DNA of 64,000 nucleotides, taken from positions 56,709 to 120,708 of IMG/VR virus record IMGVR_UViG_3300042520_002054. One strand, given 5' to 3'. Position 1 is the stretch's first letter; every line of letters starts with the position of its first letter. This DNA is from a virus. Positions 51,801 through 61,700 of the stretch are shown here, piece by piece. Both the position numbers and the translations under genes were made by a program. The notes under the pieces were generated by a model. That model was not told the DNA's origin and did no database searches. It worked only from the letters and a program-made list of their open reading frames with translations.

Positions 51801-52884
51801 TAGCACTTTCAAATGCAGACTCAGATGTAGCAAGTGTCATTTCATTAAGGCTTCTTCTAAAACCATTGAAACCCACACCAGCCAACTTAAGCATATCTGC
51901 ACCATTAGCACCCGCTAAAGCTATTTCTTTACCTGTACGCATCAAGTTACCAGCAACAGGTATAAAGTTTTCACCAGCAGCCCATATTTTACCATAAAGA
52001 CTTTCAGCTTTTGCAATATCAGCAAAGTTCATTCCTACAGCTCTAAAAGTTTCATTGACAACTCTGTTACCAAATTCACCCACTCGACCCATAGTACTAA
52101 GATTAGCAGCTGCCTCAGCGTGTGTCATACCTGCACGTGCAACATCATCTGCTGCACTTCTACCAGCTGCAGCAGCTGTTTCTAGTATTCTTGTAGAAGC
52201 ACTCAAACCTTCAGCTGCAGATTCAGCGGTAATAGCTCCAGCACCTAAAGTCGCAGCTCTTGCTGTAAGACCTACACCTTTTAATCCTGCAGATACCGCT
52301 GCACCAACACCAAAGGTCAACGCAGTTTCAGCTGCAATTTCTGTTAGAGTTCCTAAAGTGTAACCAGCATTACCAATAAAATCTTTGACAAATTTTTTAT
52401 TAAAAAAACTGTCCTGCTCTTCAGGAGTCATGAATATTGTATTTCTCAACTCATTATCCTGATCTTGATAGTATTGTTTTAAAAGATCGTCTTCATCTTT
52501 ATTAATACCATAGGCACCTAAAGTAAATATTGATCTCAGTAATCTTCCGGTACTGTAAGCTCCTTCTACAAAAGAGTTTCCAAATTTGTAACCAAAATCA
52601 TCAAACGCCTTACCAAAAGTACTACCCCAAGTTTCTGCTGCTGCATAACCTGCATAGTTTTGAGAATAATCTGAAGGATTAAAACCCTGTTGCTGAAAAA
52701 AATCTTGTGCACGAAAAGGTGCTACTGAAGACTCAGGAAAGTATTGAGTACCATAACCACCAGTATTTACAGCATTAACAGCTGTCTGAAATGGATTATC
52801 TGGTACTTTATTTTGATCCTGATATACGTCAGTTGCAACAGATCCAAAAGCTGAATCAAAAGGGTTATTTTCAAACTCCGCCAT
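48880..52884 (-). CDS. Giant ejection/cargo protein with Gly/Ala-rich membrane-insertion segments
   Basis: G/A-rich hydrophobic stretches, TEGVQELLQ motif, acidic Pro-rich linker; first of the three giant genes. Confidence 0.7.
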   Translation of the reverse strand: MAEFENNPFDSAFGSVATDVYQDQNKVPDNPFQTAVNAVNTGGYGTQYFPESSVAPFRAQDFFQQQGFNPSDYSQNYAGYAAAETWGSTFGKAFDDFGYKFGNSFVEGAYSTGRLLRSIFTLGAYGINKDEDDLLKQYYQDQDNELRNTIFMTPEEQDSFFNKKFVKDFIGNAGYTLGTLTEIAAETALTFGVGAAVSAGLKGVGLTARAATLGAGAITAESAAEGLSASTRILETAAAAGRSAADDVARAGMTHAEAAANLSTMGRVGEFGNRVVNETFRAVGMNFADIAKAESLYGKIWAAGENFIPVAGNLMRTGKEIALAGANGADMLKLAGVGFNGFRRSLNEMTLATSESAFESANAYGDTYTALHNQFREQYDRVPTSEEEKAIRETAMNVGGSVFDINMGILLTMNKIQFGNLFSRFGPTNKFMREMVINNAEDRVLTRAVANDVKTKFYKQGFFGTFGNLGEIAEDFGKKRAAWEATKSMGRGMGKFELTEGVQELLQEGSAVGVKDYYESIYNGNPISLEESITRGARSQAGQEGFKTFLIGALTGRLVAPVTYVGGKASEYGYAAMQGNLESMKNQDQKVTDAVNQLNLFFDNKRNGTSHYMRNAREQAVASENMTEAATTGNVYEFNNAKEDALVSAVRAAMMTNSTDAFITGLRQTGEQFSEEEFKEAYGVDIKETGYNSVKEFTNKIADDINTYTDTYKSLVRKYGPLVDPYIFPKDSKDFRRAMYLQNALYGAIDVVAVNSIKGKLAGERSRTLANELRGISEIANSADYAMRILSNPRNLESELGIVQSELANLRESYEQTKDPAVKQSIDNKVEELELLNSWKQFWLFENTVEEEELDGQEELSGDEREKNKKLPKDLQYTFIGTANKKAYQDGTLTKEEFNSMIKNDTVQQLFKKIVNLKNKQAGLNTTVSDETIRQSIDKLVDFIRLDKNAKDYINAVDILLDPKNFRKAHLRFADGEFKARISDALTYLENELALSITRKELAERFGNQDQINSMEFMQFMVENYDRISKEVKEFIKSQESYKNIFAVYVSPTRGVEEQEYVQQELTKLVDAIKDKYSIDKTKAPDVQDNQDNVTPEPAPTTPVNDDDDELPPSSAPSATIETGLDLEDNNAEIESSSQPLPVTSSEMDDLSVLDAFDNASNNPVTQEESLPTSTETAPVEVEPAVEDRFLVDFAIENLPGETWVKQEQFIKDLTDKFNKYNKRAKNKLSSIKDYVNTVAGKKAVKDLKAKSAEGQAELPFTEPVISDKETSSPNIDVTTLTQEENLNSKDLKNIHSELVEFKQKALQNKEKSVNFDIERDLASDINDALTCLL

Positions 52885-52886
52885 TA

Positions 52887-55505
52887 TTAATTACTTTGGT
52901 CTAAGTATTTTTGAAATTCTTGTTCGAGAATTGTTTCTACAGCATTTAAAGCATTAGCATCACCAGGCATAATGTTTTGGGTAACAGGATATTTAAAAGG
53001 AACATCTTTACCATTTACTCTCTTTGTACCCTGGATTATTAATGCATAACCACCATCTCCAGAAACTTGTCCACTGATAGTTCCTTTAAATCCTGCACTT
53101 TCCATATAAGATGGAAATTCTACAACACTAAATGGTTCTGTAGCAAACTTATCTAAGTTTACAAGAGACTGAGGACTAAAAGTGTTTGCTCCCAAATAGG
53201 GTTGTGTTCTTGGCATAATTCTACCAAGCTGTGAGTAAGGAACAGTAATTTTAACTTCATTACCTGCAAAACCATCTTTTTTATAATTAACTCCACTAGC
53301 AGCTTTAGATGAAGGAGATACTCTAAAAGTAATATCAGCTGTTTTTGAAACAGGGTTAAAAGCAATTTCAGCATTATTACCATAAAGCTCAGCAAGGTCG
53401 TTTATGTTAACACCTTTAATAGCTTCATTAAAATCAGATTCTCCACGCTTATAATCACTTGTCACATCTTTACCGTCAATAACAACTTTCTGTACATTGT
53501 TTTGATTAAACAATTGACCCACATCTGCACCAGTTACCCTGTTGAACTGAACCATGTCCCCACTAGTAGTAGTTATATTCTGATAACGCTGAGGAAGAGT
53601 TGCTGAGATTTTTCTTTCTACTGCTTCTTCAAAAGGTTTAATAACACTTATAATAGGTCTTCCATTTCTGTCAGTTCCTATTACAGACACTTTATCAGCG
53701 TACTCTGATTTTACTCTATTACCTGACATTACTTCTAAACGTAAAGCTGCCTGGTAATCATCTTGAGCTGTTGTAGTTTCTGTCCATGAATTATTTAATG
53801 CACGAACTAGTGCAGATGCATTTCTAATTGCATCTTTTGTATGACGAATTCCACCAGCTTCTTCATTAATTGCACCACTTGCAAGTGTAGCTCTCTGATA
53901 TACACCAGTAGAAATATTTGCAATCATTAGTCCTGCTTTTTGCGGACTATCAGGAGCATAAAAGCTCACACCCATTGACTGTGTCAATTCACGTAAAGCT
54001 GATAACTCTTGTTGTGAGTATGTAATTTTACCCCCACTTTTTGCGTGAGACGCCATTTTACTTACAAGACTACTATACACAGCGCCTTTTTCACTTCCTG
54101 CAACAAAGTTTAGTAGTCCTCCTTTAGGATCAACAAGGTAAGAAGCCATTTGCTGCACCCCTTGACTATTTAAAGTATTAGCAGCTGTAAGAGCACTAAC
54201 AGACTGAATATCTGTATTTCTACCAAGTGGGACTTCTGTCGGCACAATATCTCCTTTTGCTACACCAATTTTATAATCATAAGTAAATTTTAGATAGTCT
54301 CTTTCTTTAGCTAACTCATGATCAAGAAGTTTCATACTTCTATCATGCGCCATCTGAGCAAACTTAAGTTTCACATCATCAGGTTTCATAGTCATTGACT
54401 GTGTAGCCATAGCTCTATTAGTACCCCATTGAATAGCAGCATTTTGTTTTTTAGATGAAAACAAATGATTTACAATAGCATTAGAAAGTCTAATGTCATC
54501 AGCATTTGCAATTTCAGAAGCAACATTCAGATTGTTTTTAGTTTGCTCATCTAGTGCAGTCTTTGCAGCTTTAAGTTGCTCATAACGCTCCTTGAATTGA
54601 GGAGGAATGTCATTACCGTAAGTATCATTAAAAAATCTAAGCTTAGCATCTACCTCGGTCATTCTATCTGTACTATTAGACGCAGCTTCTACAAATGTAT
54701 TTACAAGATCAGGTTGAACTTGTTTTGCATAAGCTTTCAAAGCGTCTTGATAACTCATACCTTGCTGCTGAAATGCTTTAACACCATTGTACTTATCTAC
54801 TTCTGCAAGAACAGCAAATTGTCTATCAAAGCGATTTCCTAAATGACCTAAAGCCCAGCTGCTAAAAGGTAGTATTGCTTCTTTACCATTTTCAATATCT
54901 ACAAGATAGTATCCTTTCTGTGCAGTATACTTGATCTGAAGTTTTTCTTTATTAGCTGCTTCATCCAAATATTTCACATAATCTTCAAATGGTACAAAGT
55001 CTCTAGACTGAACCGCTTGAATAGATCCATCACCACGTTTAGCATTTTGCAATTCCTCTACACCAATCTGGATATATTGCATTGCTGCAGGATTTGCCTG
55101 AGCACGAATATTAGGATCAGTACTTTGAGCGTATTGCTGATACTGTTGAAATGCTTGTTGTGCTCTCTGTGTTTTGACCAAGTCACTTTGCAAATCATTA
55201 TCCTGTAGCAATGGGTTAAAAACAGTCATTGCTGAAGAGACATTTTGAGGTAGAGCTAAATCTAAATTAGCAATACCCGCAATCTCTTGATCCATCTTCT
55301 TAAGCATCAAATTTCTAAACTCAATATTATCAGAGTTAGATAATGCTTTATTGAATTGAGAGTTATACAAACTTTTAACTCGCATAAAATTAGCGTCGTA
55401 ACGCTGCTGCTGCGTAGTTAAAACTTTTGTCAAAAAAGAGAAATCCGGAGTAAAAGAAGGTCTTTCCGGAAATACTGCTTGTACATTAGGTAAGTATGTA
55501 GCCAT
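52887..55505 (-). CDS. Virion structural/cargo protein
   Basis: MATYL...FTPDFSFL...QQRYD N-terminus of a type recalled from crAss-like structural genes; 872 aa. Confidence 0.6.
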   Translation of the reverse strand: MATYLPNVQAVFPERPSFTPDFSFLTKVLTTQQQRYDANFMRVKSLYNSQFNKALSNSDNIEFRNLMLKKMDQEIAGIANLDLALPQNVSSAMTVFNPLLQDNDLQSDLVKTQRAQQAFQQYQQYAQSTDPNIRAQANPAAMQYIQIGVEELQNAKRGDGSIQAVQSRDFVPFEDYVKYLDEAANKEKLQIKYTAQKGYYLVDIENGKEAILPFSSWALGHLGNRFDRQFAVLAEVDKYNGVKAFQQQGMSYQDALKAYAKQVQPDLVNTFVEAASNSTDRMTEVDAKLRFFNDTYGNDIPPQFKERYEQLKAAKTALDEQTKNNLNVASEIANADDIRLSNAIVNHLFSSKKQNAAIQWGTNRAMATQSMTMKPDDVKLKFAQMAHDRSMKLLDHELAKERDYLKFTYDYKIGVAKGDIVPTEVPLGRNTDIQSVSALTAANTLNSQGVQQMASYLVDPKGGLLNFVAGSEKGAVYSSLVSKMASHAKSGGKITYSQQELSALRELTQSMGVSFYAPDSPQKAGLMIANISTGVYQRATLASGAINEEAGGIRHTKDAIRNASALVRALNNSWTETTTAQDDYQAALRLEVMSGNRVKSEYADKVSVIGTDRNGRPIISVIKPFEEAVERKISATLPQRYQNITTTSGDMVQFNRVTGADVGQLFNQNNVQKVVIDGKDVTSDYKRGESDFNEAIKGVNINDLAELYGNNAEIAFNPVSKTADITFRVSPSSKAASGVNYKKDGFAGNEVKITVPYSQLGRIMPRTQPYLGANTFSPQSLVNLDKFATEPFSVVEFPSYMESAGFKGTISGQVSGDGGYALIIQGTKRVNGKDVPFKYPVTQNIMPGDANALNAVETILEQEFQKYLDQSN

Positions 55506-55527
55506 TACTGTTCTCTTTTATCTTTTA

Positions 55528-58500
55528 TTATTCTTGCATACCGTTAAGTGCATTCCACAACATTTGCTGCTGATTCATACCTGGTGACATTACTGCACCA
55601 TTTGTACCGATACCAAGATTCTGATTATTTAAACGCATTTGTACAGCACGGGCTGCAGCTGCTCCTGCTTGTTTTGCAGCTTCTTCTCCTTTACTGATAT
55701 TAGCTCTATAACCTTCATCATAAGCAGTAGCAACAGATGAAGCTATTTGACTAGGATCGTATAAACCAGGATTAGTTCCGACAATGGCTCCTGTATACAT
55801 ATCGCGAGGATCATATCCTTGAGCAAAATTAATAGAACCATCAAGAGCATTTACTCTATAAGAAGGTGTAAGAAGTGGAAGCCATTCATTAGTCTTCTGA
55901 GCATTTGTAACACCTTCCATCCAGTTTGCTAAGTTACGATATTTAATTTGTCTTCTCTCATTCTCAGCAGCTTGACCTTTAATAGCAAGTGCATCATTGT
56001 AAGCTCCACGTAACTTAGTGTTCTCTAACATTCCTTGACGCAACGCTTGAGCATTTCTTGCATTTGTATTATTAACAATACCAACATTACCTTGCTCATA
56101 TTGTGAAATAACATTTGCAATATCTTCAGCAGATTGACCAGAGTATCCCATAACATTAGCACGTGCAACTTGACCATCGCTGGTGTTTTCTACTAAGTCT
56201 ACACCTTTGTTAAATTGTTCTTGTCTAGCAGCAATTTGCCTAGCAGGATCAAGTAATACATAGTCTTCTTCGACAATAGGTACTTGATAAAGTACAGGAT
56301 CAAATTCTGTAACTTTATCTGTAAGACCTACCGCAAATTTTCCAATATCTTGTAACCACCAGTTTTTAGGAACATCTTTTGGAATTTTACCTTTTGTTTT
56401 CGTTATTCCAGTACAGGCAGCATCTCTTTCTGCAACAGTATTGTAAAATACAGCACCCGCTGGAGCTTCTTCTTTTTTACCTTGACCCGATTGACCATTT
56501 TCTCCTTCTACAGAAGAAGGAACACACCAATACACTATTTCAGGAGTTGGTATTTTTCCCGGAGTACTAAAATCAGGAATAGCATCATAGTGTTCAAGAC
56601 CCCATTTAGTGTCATTTTTCATGACTTCTCTAAACTTGTCCGTAGGTAATACTTTTTGGAAAGCCGGGTAATAAGTTTTTTCCATAAACTCTTTATTGTT
56701 ATAAAGAGCTTTCGGATCTTTTAATTGATCATCAGTTACACCAGTAATACCAAGTAATTCAAAATATTTTTTACGAGTAGCAAGCTCATCTAATTTACCA
56801 GCTTCTTCAGCGCCAATAAACTTTCTTACAAACTTTGATTCAAAGTCTTGTGGTTTTAATCCTGCATAAAAGTAATTATAGTCTTTAGCAGAACCGCTTA
56901 CTCGAGCTGCACCACTTTGAACAACATCTTTAAAACCATAAGATGTAAGAACACTAGCAACTTGATCTCTTACTTCAGGTGTAGTACCATCAGGTAGTTG
57001 CACTCTCCACTGCTTTCTATTATTATCCCAAGTAACGTATTGTTTTACACTTTCTAATTCTTTTGGTAATCCTGGTTTAGTATTAGAATTGTTATTAGAA
57101 TCACTATTAGAGTTATTTGCTGGTGCAGAAGCATTTGTTCTTGCTGCTTTGGCTTCTTCTAATGTATTATAGTAAGTACCCTTATATTCATAAACTGTTT
57201 TACCAGCTGAATTTTTAGCTTCATATATTTTGTCATCTTCGCTACCACCAGCTTGAAATACAGGAATTAATCCACCTTTTTCAAATGTTCTACCAGTTCT
57301 AGTATACTGAGGTTGAGCATTCATATTACCTTCTAGACCACCTTGAACATTTGCTGAAGAACCAACAGCTCCAGAACCGACAAATACAGGTTTACCACCA
57401 ACATCTACAAATTTATTTCCTTTTCTGGCAGCTAGAATATCCTCATCAGTTAAATAAGTCAATGGTGCTTTATCATTTCTTTGATATACAACATTACCTT
57501 GTTGATCATATGTAATGTTTAAAGGTCTAACTACAACAGCGGGACCGGCTTTTTCATGTGTAACATTTACAGCAACACCTGGTGTACTACTACCTACTGA
57601 CTCACTCCAACCTTGAGTATATGCGAAAGGATCTACAATTTCATAATAACTTTTACCATCAAGAGAAAACTGTTGACCTTGTTCATATTCTCTTTTTTCT
57701 ACATTGCTCAGAATTCGTTTATTTCCCGGACCTACAGGTTGAGGAACCGCATCTTCAGGTCTGGTACCGTAATTCAAATATTCAACGCCTCTAATTCGAT
57801 TAGGTAAACCTTTACCATAAACATTATCATATGTAGGTAACCATTCTTTTTTAGATAAAGTTTCATATCTGTCTTTATCCATCTTAAGCTCTTTTCCGTT
57901 TTGAGGATTTACTAGAATTACAGTATCTCCAGTACCCCAACCCGGCTTATCTTCAGTAGCTTTCCAATAGTACTTTACACCATTGATATAAATAGGTGTT
58001 GTTTTATTGTAAATAGGATCACCAGCTGTTTCAAATTTTGTAAGACCACCATGCTTTGCTTGATTAAGCTCAGCACCCATAAGTGGAGCAGCAATAGAAG
58101 GAACACCATTAGGAAATCCTTTCATTGATTCTTGTACTAATGCAAGTTCAGCAAGTTTTTGTGAATTCTTTTTAACCATGTCACCTGCTGTTCTTTTTGT
58201 AATTGCGTCGGCGTCATCGCTCTTCATTAATTGCATGTACTTATTAATGTCATATTGCTTAGCAATTTCCGCAGGTGTGTAACCACCTTTCTTAAACGAT
58301 TTTCCAAATCTTGCTAAAACTTCTTCATCTTTAATTGCAAGTTTTCGAGTATCAGAAAATATAAAAGATCCACCCGGAACATTGAGAGGTACACCACCTT
58401 TAGAGTGACGTTTACCAGTAATTTTAAAATGCTCTAAGAACCCATCATTATTAAGATCTCCCACAATAGTTTCCCCACCTTCAGCTTCAATATTAGCTTC

Positions 58501-58641
58501 AGATCTAGGTACTGCACCCATTGTATCGGAAATAGGGGTGTTACCCTTATTCTCATAAGGATCAAACGCACTGCCTCTAACCAATCCGTAGTTTCGTTGG
58601 TCTCCTGTGCTTCCAGGTTTTTTAGTGATTCTTACTTTCAT
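55528..58641 (-). CDS. Virion structural/cargo protein with conserved EAEGGE...H..GG domain and variable inserts
   Basis: ANIEAEGGET...RHSKGGVP...FIFSD domain; internal xxGG motifs; Q/N/A-rich C-terminus. Confidence 0.65.
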   Translation of the reverse strand: MKVRITKKPGSTGDQRNYGLVRGSAFDPYENKGNTPISDTMGAVPRSEANIEAEGGETIVGDLNNDGFLEHFKITGKRHSKGGVPLNVPGGSFIFSDTRKLAIKDEEVLARFGKSFKKGGYTPAEIAKQYDINKYMQLMKSDDADAITKRTAGDMVKKNSQKLAELALVQESMKGFPNGVPSIAAPLMGAELNQAKHGGLTKFETAGDPIYNKTTPIYINGVKYYWKATEDKPGWGTGDTVILVNPQNGKELKMDKDRYETLSKKEWLPTYDNVYGKGLPNRIRGVEYLNYGTRPEDAVPQPVGPGNKRILSNVEKREYEQGQQFSLDGKSYYEIVDPFAYTQGWSESVGSSTPGVAVNVTHEKAGPAVVVRPLNITYDQQGNVVYQRNDKAPLTYLTDEDILAARKGNKFVDVGGKPVFVGSGAVGSSANVQGGLEGNMNAQPQYTRTGRTFEKGGLIPVFQAGGSEDDKIYEAKNSAGKTVYEYKGTYYNTLEEAKAARTNASAPANNSNSDSNNNSNTKPGLPKELESVKQYVTWDNNRKQWRVQLPDGTTPEVRDQVASVLTSYGFKDVVQSGAARVSGSAKDYNYFYAGLKPQDFESKFVRKFIGAEEAGKLDELATRKKYFELLGITGVTDDQLKDPKALYNNKEFMEKTYYPAFQKVLPTDKFREVMKNDTKWGLEHYDAIPDFSTPGKIPTPEIVYWCVPSSVEGENGQSGQGKKEEAPAGAVFYNTVAERDAACTGITKTKGKIPKDVPKNWWLQDIGKFAVGLTDKVTEFDPVLYQVPIVEEDYVLLDPARQIAARQEQFNKGVDLVENTSDGQVARANVMGYSGQSAEDIANVISQYEQGNVGIVNNTNARNAQALRQGMLENTKLRGAYNDALAIKGQAAENERRQIKYRNLANWMEGVTNAQKTNEWLPLLTPSYRVNALDGSINFAQGYDPRDMYTGAIVGTNPGLYDPSQIASSVATAYDEGYRANISKGEEAAKQAGAAAARAVQMRLNNQNLGIGTNGAVMSPGMNQQQMLWNALNGMQE

Positions 58642-58698
58642 AAACTTTTAAAGTTTAAAAATGTAAACGGATTTAAATCCCCTACATTTAGAATTTAC
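58641..58698 (-). promoter_or_regulatory. Leader with two palindromes and a GTAAATT promoter-like box
   Basis: TAAACTTT-T-AAAGTTTA at 58641-58657, GGATTTAAATCC at 58669-58680, minus-strand GTAAATT at 58692-58698. Confidence 0.45.
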
Positions 58699-58724
58699 AA
58701 TATTTTACGCAGATTACCATAGGA

Positions 58725-61700
58725 TTAATCAAGAAACTCAATCTCTCCACCAGCTGCCATGATTGCAGCAATCTGCTGAGGTGTTAAATCATACTCACCA
58801 CCTTCTTCAAATCCAGGACCAAATCCATAATTAAATTGGTTTCCTTGATCTTGCGCATAAGTAGTTTTATTTGCAATAAAATTCTGTCCTTGTGCACGGT
58901 TTGTAGTATACTGACCAAACATGTCTCTATTCACGTAGTTGTTATCAAATCTAAAATCTGTGTTACCATATTTCTGAAGATTTGCTTCATATTCTTTTAG
59001 AGTATCTTTTCTATTCTTACGATTTGCAATTGTACTAATTGCTGAGATAGTTCCGTATGCTAGTGCTTGTCCTTCAGGATCAAGCTCCATAGATCGTGTT
59101 TTAACAGTAGGAGCAGCTGCAGTATTAGTCTGCCCTGTTGTACCTGTCTGTTGTTGTGCAGGAGCTGCTTGTTGTTGAGAGTTTGCAAGTTTCCATGATT
59201 CAACATATGCTTGATAGTCTTTTTCATCTTGAAGTTCTTGACCCATCAAACCTCTACCATTTTGCGCCATCCACTCATCTTTAGTAAGCATTGGTTCTCC
59301 ACCAACATCAAACTTCTGCATATAGTAACCACCGTATTTTGCCATGTTAGAAAAGTCTGTAGAACCTGCAGGAATATAGTCTACACCCATTGGGGGTACA
59401 CTAAGTTGCATTTGCTGCTTTCTACGCAGTTCCTCTTGAATAGGTTCTTGATACATACCTGGTTGTTTCCACTGATTCATTAATTCTTTCTGATCTTTTC
59501 TCTGCTGAACAACATCGGTAGTTCTGGTTTCACCAGTCTTGGTATTAGTTTCTGTAACATTTTTTGAAGCAGGACCAAACAATTTTCTGTACCCTAATGC
59601 AACGTTGTTAATTGCACCTGCACCTAACGCAATAGCTGCAAGATCACCAAAGAAACCTTTATCATCCATTCCTTCAATAGCATACAAAGAAGGGTTTAAT
59701 GTAGTGTTTGCACCAAAATTCACCATTGTTCTTGTAGGTTTATCTTGGTAAGCTGCAATATTCCTGTTTGTAACTGTTTTTGTTTTAGTCCAGTCACCTT
59801 CTTCACCACCACCAATCATTCTTTTCAAAATTTTATCTTGTACTTCTTCAGGAAGAGATTGGAATCCCTCATTCTGTGGTTCACCACCTTCTGCCCAAGT
59901 ACCAAAACGTTTGTGCCAGTACAGAGGTGAAAATGGATCTTTTGCTTTAGCAGAATCCTTACCACCCATACGGTCCCAAAAACGATCTCTACGTTTTTCT
60001 GATCCATGCTGTGTATAATCTTTCATACCATCATATCCACCATGAACTACTTTATAATCATCACCTTTCTTTGCAAGTACCATCCATTTTTTACCAGGAC
60101 GTGTGCTATTTTTTTTGACACCAACCTTTGAAAAACCCATGTTTTTGTAACGCTCCGGGATACCACCTTCTCTCATTTCTTCAGGCTCTTCTTGTTCTCC
60201 ATATTGCATGTAATCATTGATTGCAGTAGCAGAATGATTCATTACAGATATTTTATCACTAACCCATGGATCTAAATCCGATTCTGGAGTAATGAAATTC
60301 TTAAGATTATTTAATCTGTCAATCATAGCATTTACTTGTGTAAGCGCCATTCCTCCATCAGCTTCACCACCATCTTCAGCAAACATCATAGCTAATTTTG
60401 CTAACTGAAGTTTATCTTTCATATCCATATTTTGAATTTGCTTTAAAGGATTTGACATACCACCAAACTGATAAAAATTTGTTGGGACAAACACGGGTTG
60501 GTTTAACATGTCGTTATAATTTACACCACCCATTTCTTTTACATAGAATCCTCCTTCTGGTGCTGGTGCCCATGATTGACCACTAGCAATAAATTCCTGA
60601 TAGTTTTGTGGATTATCAGATGCTATTGGTTTTCTTACTTGTGCTGCAACTTCTTGTTTTTTTCTTGCTAACATTCCTTGATCAAATGCTTGTCTTTGCT
60701 CATTTGTTGCATCATTATAACTTACGTATTTTCTAAGATTTTCACGTGAAGCAAAGTTTTTATTTGCTGATGCAAAATCAGAACCATAATCAGTTCTTAC
60801 GCCATTAATATCAGTACTGACTTTAGGAACCATTTGATTAAGAGTCTTTAGTCCTATAAATCCATCTACTCTTGATATTCCGTTTTTAAAACTATTTGCT
60901 GTTCTTACACCTAATTGTCCTGAGTCTGTATTACCAGCAGCCATGTTTAAGAAATAAGATTGATAATCTTTAACTCTGTTTTTATCAATTGAAGAATTAG
61001 GATTTTCTTGGTTGTACTTCTTAATTAGTTCATATCCTAATTTTTTATCATGGTTATATCTTTCATCTGAAGCAGCACCAGATCTTTTTGCATACTTAAC
61101 AAACTCATTCCAATTGTTAAGATCTTGAGGTGATAGTGAATTTACTTCAGGTTGTCCACCGTCTTCCAATTGTCCTCCGCATTCAAAGCATCCACCTTCA
61201 GCAGCCTTTTTCCAGCTACCTCCGCGCTGTTTATACCATTTAGCAGCAAAACCATTTGCGTATGCAGAAGGATACACATCATATTTAGCTTTAGCAGCAG
61301 CTTTTGCTCTACTCCATAGTGAAGGATTTGTCGGTACATTACCACCTGATTTCATATCAGATAGTTCACCACCGTTCTCATATCCAAGCTTTTTCATATA
61401 TGCTTTTAATTTAGGGTCAGATTGTAATAATTTCATGTCTTGATTAACCATTGAAGAATAATTAGGATCTCCAGGGTTATAGTTCTGAATACCTTTTTTC
61501 TTAATTCTTTGTGCGGCAAGATGAAAGCTATCTAATGAACCAAGATCAGGTGTGGATTCTATTTTCTTATAATAATTAGCTATAAGTTGTGGATTCTTAT
61601 TTAAATAATTATCTATAGCTTTTACATCTACCACTTCATAGTTCCATCCATGATTATCTTTATGTACTTTAACACCTGGAACTTGTTTATCAGCTAAAAA

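Noticed and set aside
38663-52363. Many 60-140 aa plus-strand ORFs opposite the giant genes, and similar shadow ORFs elsewhere
   Set aside because: Antisense or alternative-frame shadows of codon-biased genes, mostly with TTG/GTG starts and no recognisable motifs.
57078-57120. NNSNSDSNNNSN low-complexity repeat
   Set aside because: Short, imperfect in-frame linker with no sign of a phase-variable tract.
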